The notes below the pieces were generated by a model. It was not told the origin of the DNA. It was given only the letters and a program-made list of their open reading frames with translations, and ran no database searches. 62,203 nucleotides of DNA from Perkinsus olseni (taxonomy: Eukaryota): the NCBI GenBank assembly GCA_013115125.1, contig JABANN010000145.1, positions 1 through 62,203 of the forward strand, in the 5' to 3' direction. Positions 55,101 to 62,203 of the stretch are shown here, piece after piece. The translations under genes and the position numbers were made by a program. How positions within the stretch are numbered: position 1 is the first letter of the stretch; each line of letters starts with the position of its first letter.

Positions 55101-55430
55101 CGTACTCCTAGAAAACTTTTGATGCTCGCACGCAGTTTTGGGCAGGAATGAATTTTTTGTTCCAAAAAATCGTTCGTTTTTCTTCTCTTTCCTTCTGTTT
55201 CGTATCGCGGATTCCTACGGTCCTAGATCCCAGAACCCGACTCCTGGGCCAAGGACAGCCCATCCAGCTCACCTTTTATCAGTAGCAGCTTCCTTCGAGC
55301 CCACATACAGTCGCCTCAGTATTGGGTCGTTATCATCACTGACAGCATGTAGGTGGCAGGCTTGATCATGATAGAGTGCTTCGAAGAAGGAATAGTGTTT
55401 GTCCAACTCCGAGGAGGATACCGCAGCCAT
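52199..55430 (-). CDS. Dual-specificity protein phosphatase with a C-terminal extension, multi-exon
   Basis: RLYVGSKEAA, catalytic VLVHCSKGVSRS (54364-54399), then A|YVMFLRGLTFSEAFSMVEAQRPHVYPNLGFQ after a ~780-nt intron. Confidence 0.85.
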
Positions 55431-55823
55431 CAAAACAGTAGGGGCAGCGGCGCTGATGGGAACCCTGGGCACTGCTACGACAGCATTATCCTCACAGCGC
55501 GGAGCTTCAGTACACAACATTGACCGACGAGGACACGAAGAATAGGGCTGCGAAATGTGCCCAGGAGGACTATTCATGGTCCAATGATTCATGATTTATG
55601 AATCATGCGTTGTCGTAAGTTGAATTCATGATACGCTGAAAAGACCCACCGAAGGCCTCTTGTTTATCAGAAACCACTCTCACACGACCTTGCAGTCGGC
55701 CATCATCTCCCTTACCCCATCTCCGGTATGCAATATGCTTCTCCCCGCCACTAGGAACATAACAACCCTCGGTAGCTAATAGAAGCGCTCATAATCGTCA
55801 CATCATGCTACATAATATCATCA

Positions 55824-56966
55824 TCAGTGGTGGTGGCGAGGTACCCTCAACGCTCGTGCATTCGATTCCCTCCCACGCTCGATGGCATTGGTAATGATTT
55901 TCTGTTTATACACTTTATGATACGGCTTGGCATTGAGACAAGAAAAATAAATGAACTTCCCCTCAACCACTATGTACTTAACAAGATGATAAGCGCTGTA
56001 GCAGCGGTAGTTCTCCCATATCCCAACAATCTCCTTTTCTGAATCGAGCACCACCACGCGACCCAGCGCGCCCAACACCAGCATGAACCTCCCGGCAACA
56101 TTGGTAACTTGCACTGAAAAGATTCCTTTTACATGGCTGCTCACAGGAAGTCGCCACGACCTCATCGCTGTCAAGGATGTGGTGTTGCGCAGATCGGCCG
56201 AGTACTGTCGCAACACGCTCCCACCTTCCACACTGAATACGAACACCTCGTTCCAGGATCGACCAGCGCGCACCGCGAAGATTCCACAAAATTGGGACCT
56301 CTCCGGCAATGTCAAGCATATCGAAAGATACGCTTCGCCAACACACCCAAGCTGAAGGATGCCAATCGAGCTGGAAGTGGAAAACCACGCAAGGGCTGGC
56401 ATCCGATGGACCACTGCGAAGTGACGACGCTCACACCGCACAGGGGACACACCGATAGCCTCGCCTAACACTGTGAAGGAAGCTGATTCGAAGACGTCCA
56501 CCACCAAGATCGATCTGTCTTCCCTCAGCACAAACAAACGACCAACCATAGACTCCGACGCAGCGAGGGCCAGAATGATTCCGCCGAGGGAAGGTGTGTC
56601 GAAAAGGCCCCAGGGGACGACCACTCGAACCGTATCGGATGCCTCAGACAAGACGTAGAGCGCTTCGCCGTCACCCGCGATATCTCTGATAGGTTGGTCT
56701 TGCCGATGAACTCGGACCTCCTCAGAAAGGAAACGTACGGTCGGCGAGAGTGAAAGATACTCCCAGACACAGGCTAGGAGATCGCAGGGAGCTTCATACT
56801 GTTCTTGCCACGACGAAAGAATAGCCAGCCTTGCTAACCAGAGGGGCTCCGTGCGAGGGTCGTACCGAAATAACCTCCACGACGGATGGGATGTGATGAT
56901 GGAAAGGTCAACGGTGATTCTGAAACCGTTGAGAAGAAATAGGATTTCGACCATACTCCAACACAA
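55824..56966 (-). CDS. Hypothetical protein, predicted beta-rich (propeller-like) C-terminus
   Basis: 380-aa open frame with repeated short hydrophobic strand-like segments. The true start is probably in an upstream exon. Confidence 0.55.
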   Translation of the reverse strand: MCWSMVEILFLLNGFRITVDLSIITSHPSWRLFRYDPRTEPLWLARLAILSSWQEQYEAPCDLLACVWEYLSLSPTVRFLSEEVRVHRQDQPIRDIAGDGEALYVLSEASDTVRVVVPWGLFDTPSLGGIILALAASESMVGRLFVLREDRSILVVDVFESASFTVLGEAIGVSPVRCERRHFAVVHRMPALAWFSTSSSIGILQLGCVGEAYLSICLTLPERSQFCGIFAVRAGRSWNEVFVFSVEGGSVLRQYSADLRNTTSLTAMRSWRLPVSSHVKGIFSVQVTNVAGRFMLVLGALGRVVVLDSEKEIVGIWENYRCYSAYHLVKYIVVEGKFIYFSCLNAKPYHKVYKQKIITNAIERGRESNARALRVPRHHH

Positions 56967-57774
56967 CAGAACACTAGTCGAGAGAAGGGGCGATCATGAT
57001 TGCATGGCGGCATATCCAAGGTTCACCCTCGGCAAACACCGGTAGCTCTTCGACCATCCGTGAGCGGTCCTTCATACCATTTTATCTTGCCACTATTATG
57101 GTCTTTAACAATAACAACGGAGTTTCACCCCTAAATGAGAGGCCTATTAGGGGCCCTAATACAGTGTGTGCCATTTTTATATGCAAATCGCTAAAATTGA
57201 GATATCTTTGTTGGTAAGAAGCTTTTACATGTTAAAGTTGGTCAGCTTATGAATTGAGAGTGAAGCGAAGCTTATGAATTGAGAGTGAAGTTGAATTCAC
57301 CAATGAAAATCAGTGGTGAATTTGGATTTCGGGGCCAACCACGGCTTCTTGATGATCCATGAGAGTGAAGCGATGAAAAACGAATAGTATGCTAATGAGA
57401 ACATTCTCTTTTCAACGCGGTGCTACACAGATCGTCGGCGATTATACCTGGCGGCGCCAGGCTGGCGCTCTGGGGCAAGAGACTTTCAATTGCACGTACA
57501 GGATTCCCTAAGATACTGTCGTACACCGGCGCGCAGTTGTGTCACGCTGAGAATCGCAGCGGGAAGATTTCCGGTGTGGCTCAAGTTGACCCCCCGAAAT
57601 TGATGTCCTTATCGGCGAAATCGATTTCCTTAATCATGAAATTGTGTGCCTTATTCGCGGAATTGAATTCCTTACTCGAGGCCTGCCGCTAAAAAGACTT
57701 CTTAATCCGCCAATTGTATCCCCTCATCTCGACCCTACCGCCAATTTGCTGATGTCTCAAACCGCTAACGTGAA

Positions 57775-58131
57775 ATCCTCGACCCCCATATAGGCAACGG
57801 CAACCTTATCCGCAAAATAGACTTCTGAATGGTATAGATATCCTCGACCCCCATATAGGCAACGGCAACCTTATCCGCAAAATGGACTTCTGAATGGTAT
57901 AGATATCCTCGACACCNNNNNNNNNNNNNNNNNNNNNNNNNNNNNNNNNNNNNNNNNNNNNNNNNNNNNNNNNNNNNNNNNNNNNNNNNNNNNNNNNNNN
58001 NNNNNNNNNNNNCCCCCATATAGGCAACGGCAACCTTATCCGCAAAATGGACTTCTGAATGGTATAGATATCCTCGACCCCCATATAGGCAACGGCAACC
58101 TTATCCGAAAAATGGACTTCTGAATGGTATA
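57775..58131. repeat. 65-nt tandem satellite spanning an assembly gap (N 57917-58012)
   Basis: The unit atcctcgacccccatataggcaacggcaaccttatccgcaaaatggacttctgaatggtatagat starts at 57775, 57840 and 57905 and continues after the gap. Confidence 0.95.
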
Positions 58132-59432
58132 GAACGGTTGTTGCGCTGGGGTCTAGCAGACCGCAGAACACTGCGGAAGAAGCTTGGTCGTTGCGCTCGA
58201 GACGGTCTCAGCGTACTTCTCCGGCACACTACGTTGATGCGGTAGTGCATCGTTGGATAATGCACTACGAGCCTCGTAGTACGAGGCCATACCATGATCG
58301 TGTCCACTACTTCAGGACTAGCGAGAGTCTAACTATTGCCACGGACGGCTCACCGTCTACGCCAAATGATTCTGTGTCCCAAACTTCAAGGGCGATAACA
58401 GGAGCATCAACATATAGAGGGTCGCAGAGTTCGACCTTGTACATGACCAGGTTCTTCGTTGGCGAACCGCTGAAACTGTGATTCGATGGTGGGTGCTGGT
58501 CCAGTTATGGAGCGAGTTCAGGGCCGTATAGAGTTAATCAAGAAGCATGGGAATAGTGCTCGGAGACCTCCTCGTGGTTATTCCCGGAAACTCGTCGGAT
58601 AAGGCTGCTACGGATGTTGTTAAGGCATTATCGTAGCGGTTCTGCTTCGACGAGGCTGACAGCCGAGCTTTGTCTTTGGGGGGTTTGTTTTCTCAGCTTC
58701 CTCGGCCTTTACTTCTCTTCGTGTGATGACCACCTCCCCTTCTGTCTTCCGCGACCTACTGTGACCATTTGGCTGCGCGGCGGTTGCACTGCGGCTCCTC
58801 AGTGTTTCGCATGCATGCGGAGCAGGATACTGGTACTACGACGGGGGGACTCTGCGGGGTGAGTCAGCTCGAAACGTGTGCGCGATGCGCGGCATAGTCG
58901 GTCGGAATGCGACGGGTGTCGACTTCCAGGCGAGAGCGTTGCTCTCTGGTCCGTGTGTTTCAAGGACCGTGAATCAAGGTAGAGCGTTGCTCTCTGATGC
59001 ACACTGTGCATGGCTGGCACCTAGTGCCGTTAGTGCCCCCCCCCCACACACTAGAGCACGGAGTGCCTGTTTCTGGTCGTTTTGCCTTTGCTACCAGCGA
59101 GTCGCTGCGTATCTTTGGCTGTTCCGGGTCTCCTTTCGCAAGCTTTGTGTTGTCACCGTCTCTGCATTAGCTGTGGTTTTTAGTCGGATGGGTGGAATGT
59201 TCCGGCCGGTCACTTTGATTGCATATTGCCCTTCAGTTCACTGTTCGTTGTAGCTGCGTGTGTGCTTCGTTATACTGTACGGTTGGGTTAGACCTGGACG
59301 GCTGCCCGGTACTTTGTACTGTGTGTGGCTCGTCCCGTCTGCCTGACAGTCGCTCGGTTCGTTAGCTACTTATGGTTTCCTCATCTTGATGCGCGCATCC
59401 GTTGTAGTTTAACCTTGCCCTTCTTACTTTTC

Positions 59433-60797
59433 ATGCCTGGTGGTGAGACCCCCATCACTGCTTCACTCTTCATTGAGTGCCCTGACATTGCGGCGGAGGC
59501 CGCATCCGTGTGCAATGCAATGCACATCTCTACGGTGTCTGTTCTCGAGTCGGCTCTCGAGGATACCGACTTGGTCGCGGAGTTGTTATCTCGATGTGTT
59601 TCCGCTGTGTCCGGTATCGTTGTCTCTGCGGCTCCTGAACCAGCCTCTCCCGGCGACGACTCTGCTGCTGTCGGTGCCCCCGCTGGGGAGTCGATTGATG
59701 TAGCTGATGGCGCAGTTGAACCTCACGGTCAGGGTGAGGGTGCTGGCGGTTCTAGTAGTAGCTCACGGCCAGCATTGCGGCGCAGCCGTCGGATCTCTCC
59801 TCCACATGTGACACCGCCGACTACTCGTACTGACACTCTGCCTGCGGCGTCGGACACGGTTGAGTCCAAGGTACTCCGGGCTAGGTTTCGATCAGCGTTC
59901 CGCAACCTGGTGCGTCGTAGCAAGGACAACAAGGAGGTTGACAAGAGCCTTGACGCTCTGACTGAGAGGGCCACTGCTCGCTTTGGTAGGGTTCCTATCG
60001 GCCTGGTCATGCCGAATGTTCATGTCGCCGATAAGCTCCGCAAGGATGCGCTCGAATACATTGACCTCAAGGTTGTCACGTACAATGAGACACCGGCCCC
60101 AAAACTCAATCAGTCTATGACCGGTGAGCAAGTTTGGTGCTTGCCTGAGCCAAAAGGCGTCCCTCCTCGCACCCTTCCGCAGTGGTTATCAATTATCATC
60201 CCGTGGGGTCTGGGTCTTACTGTGTCTACTGGAGCTGGAACTTTGGCTCTCTTAGAGTATCTGGCTAGGGTCACTCAGCTCGCGAGTAGGTCTAGCGTGT
60301 CTGAGGCCCTGGTATATGACTACGAGTATCGCAGGACTATGCGTAATACTGTGTCTCGTATACGCATGGATAATTCCTCTCTGAGTGTGGCCAGGGCTGT
60401 GGAGATCTTCCTGTCGGTCAACCAGTCTCCTGAACTCTATGCGCACGCCTTGGCTAACGCTCCACGACATGCCGATGCCAATGCTATTGGTAAGGGTGGT
60501 AAAGGATCCGGTTCTGGCGGTCGTGCTACCGGCTTGGCCACCGGAGGTGCCGCGGTGGGTGTGTGCCGCTATACCCGTCAGACTTGCCCTCACCGTCCTT
60601 GTCGCTTCACGGTTCATGCCGGTGAGATGTCGACTCGTTCCTCTGTGGTCGGGGAACCTTGGCCAAGGCGCGGCGGGGGGCAGTCGCACCCGAGCGAGGG
60701 CGTTGGTGGATCTGCCAACGGTGGTAACAATGGCAGTAAGAGAGCGGCTCCGGGAACCCAGCCTGGTCCGGATTCTGGCAAGTTCTCCCGGAAATGA
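59433..60797 (+). CDS. gag: Gag-like ORF with a terminal CCCH-type finger
   Basis: Intronless. Contains LLEYL...ALVYDYEYRR and CRYTRQTCPHRPCRFTVH after a G/K-rich linker. Confidence 0.75.
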   Translation: MPGGETPITASLFIECPDIAAEAASVCNAMHISTVSVLESALEDTDLVAELLSRCVSAVSGIVVSAAPEPASPGDDSAAVGAPAGESIDVADGAVEPHGQGEGAGGSSSSSRPALRRSRRISPPHVTPPTTRTDTLPAASDTVESKVLRARFRSAFRNLVRRSKDNKEVDKSLDALTERATARFGRVPIGLVMPNVHVADKLRKDALEYIDLKVVTYNETPAPKLNQSMTGEQVWCLPEPKGVPPRTLPQWLSIIIPWGLGLTVSTGAGTLALLEYLARVTQLASRSSVSEALVYDYEYRRTMRNTVSRIRMDNSSLSVARAVEIFLSVNQSPELYAHALANAPRHADANAIGKGGKGSGSGGRATGLATGGAAVGVCRYTRQTCPHRPCRFTVHAGEMSTRSSVVGEPWPRRGGGQSHPSEGVGGSANGGNNGSKRAAPGTQPGPDSGKFSRK

Positions 60798-61137
60798 GCC
60801 TACGACTGAAATCCTTCGTTTTTCCCCCTTCATCGCGGTGGCGTGGTTGGGAACCGTTGTACCGACTCACATCGGCCACAACTCAATGAATTGAATTTAA
60901 CGAGTTTTTAATCCACCTCCAATTATCCTGCAGGTTGCGTTCTCTCAGTTGAACTGAGTCAGTTCGTCAGTCAATTGCGGAGTGGCACAGTGTGCTCGTT
61001 CGGTGGGGTCTTCTGGGCGTGGTTCCCGTTGAGAGTCGTGAACTATGTGTCTGTCTGACGCTGTCTACTCCTGGCCCTGCTGCCCTGGGTTCTCATCTCT
61101 CCTGTAGATATTGTTTCGTTCTGGCATTTTCAAACGC

Positions 61138-62203
61138 ATGCCTCATTCTCGTTCCAGTCAGTCAAAGCGCAACCGGAACAGGAGCCGCCGGACTTCGCCG
61201 GTGAGTTGGGCCGTTCGGAAGTTGCTGGAGATCGACTCGACTGTTGATCGGCGTTCCCATGTGGACGGGTCGGGTTCTCCTGAAGTTTGTCAATGGAATT
61301 CCTTGTCTCTCGAACCGGCGTCTATCGATATTTTGGCTAGAGTTGCTTCAGCCATTAGCAACTCTACTGTAGAGTATCTAGTTGCAAGGAAGGCTTTCTT
61401 CGACGCGTTTTTCTCTGCTGATCGCGCTGGCCAGAGCACTATGGCCTCGGAGTGGACGTCTCCCACTGACGGTGGGAGGTCTCTCCTTGCAGTTGCAGAA
61501 GATCTAGCTGTTGATATCGCACGAATATTGAGCGACTGTGACGGAAAGCCGGCGTCCGACTATTTGGTGAAGGCTCTGGAGCCTTCCCCGTTGCGCGCAC
61601 TCATGCTTCGTCGCTTATTAGAACTCTCTGCGCCTCCTGCAACGGGGGAGAGCGGGGTACCTGAAGACACTGACATCTGCACCATGGTTCATGATGGCGT
61701 CCCGATCGGCCTTCACGAACCAGTACGTGAGTCCCCTGCTTGGCCACCCTACTCTAAGGGTAATGTCTTGAAATCGGGTGAACCTGATCACATCCAGTGG
61801 CCAGCTAAGGATCTTGAGCTGCTCTCCATTAGTGACTGGCCCACGGGCCGTATTGACGAGGATATGTTGCCACTATTCTCGGCGCTACTAGAGAAAGAGC
61901 TCGCTCAAGGTAGATTGAAAAGGGTGGACGCGGCTGATGCTGAGGCTCTGACCCGTGTTTCCGTTATTTGGAAACCGGGTCGGGAGGGCTCGGCGATACG
62001 ACAGTTGGATGATTTTCGTCGCTCTGGTATTAATCAGGCTATCAAGAGCAGATTACACCGTACAATTGCGTTGCCGCGTTTTCGTGATGTCTATAGTCTG
62101 TTAGCCGACTCATTCCGTTCTAGCACGAGCGCTTTTCTGGAATGGGATATCCAAGCGGCATTTCGGTTGATTCCGGTTTGTATCCCTGATCGGCCCGCAT
62201 TGA
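61138..62203 (+). CDS. pol: Reverse transcriptase ORF, partial (runs off the window end)
   Basis: The frame is open from 61108 to the edge and contains DGVPIG, RQLDDFRRSGIN and EWDIQAAFRLIPV. Confidence 0.85.
   Translation, partial: MPHSRSSQSKRNRNRSRRTSPVSWAVRKLLEIDSTVDRRSHVDGSGSPEVCQWNSLSLEPASIDILARVASAISNSTVEYLVARKAFFDAFFSADRAGQSTMASEWTSPTDGGRSLLAVAEDLAVDIARILSDCDGKPASDYLVKALEPSPLRALMLRRLLELSAPPATGESGVPEDTDICTMVHDGVPIGLHEPVRESPAWPPYSKGNVLKSGEPDHIQWPAKDLELLSISDWPTGRIDEDMLPLFSALLEKELAQGRLKRVDAADAEALTRVSVIWKPGREGSAIRQLDDFRRSGINQAIKSRLHRTIALPRFRDVYSLLADSFRSSTSAFLEWDIQAAFRLIPVCIPDRPAL

Larger units (their letters stand above)
59433..62203 (+). mobile_element. DIRS/Ngaro-like (tyrosine-recombinase class) retrotransposon, 5' part
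   Basis: A gag-like ORF is followed by an RT ORF with no protease seen between them. The recombinase would lie beyond the window, so the class is inferred from gag and RT style. The left boundary is not determined. Confidence 0.7.

Noticed and set aside
57577-57585. Spliced-leader-like TGGCTCAAG
   Set aside because: Only the last few bases match; the CCGTAGCCAT portion is absent.
57775-58131. CRISPR-like array
   Set aside because: The units are contiguous with no unique spacers, there are no cas genes, and the context is eukaryotic.

Overview
Eukaryotic nuclear DNA, gene-dense with many short (~45-55 nt) GT-AG introns. The style (short introns, lineage-specific gene families, retroelement types) resembles a Perkinsus-like alveolate; this is an inference and no search was run. 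Retrotransposons sit at both ends. On the left is an LTR element (gag, then pol via a clear -1 frameshift cassette, minus strand). On the right is a DIRS/Ngaro-like element (gag, RT, plus strand). Between them is a co-oriented minus-strand run of spliced genes: an RbfA-domain protein, a mitochondrial 2-oxoglutarate/malate-type carrier, a TAP/ABCB half-transporter (whose introns hold a tRNA-Gly and MITE-like inserts), a CDK10-like kinase, a DDT-WHIM chromatin protein, a protein with two PAM2 motifs and about four LOTUS/OST-HTH-like repeats, a BAH-PHD-TFIIS-M protein, a WDR26-like WD40 protein and a dual-specificity phosphatase. Interspersed are plus-strand copies of two unknown gene families, an acid ceramidase/NAAA-type hydrolase, a decayed hAT transposase with fold-back palindromes, local duplications and a 65-nt satellite spanning an assembly gap. 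The most notable items are the PAM2/multi-LOTUS gene, a recurrent intron-associated motif GTATCTTAGG, the frameshift cassette and the BAH-PHD-TFIIS-M fusion. Spliced gene models were assembled by eye, so their outer boundaries are approximate.
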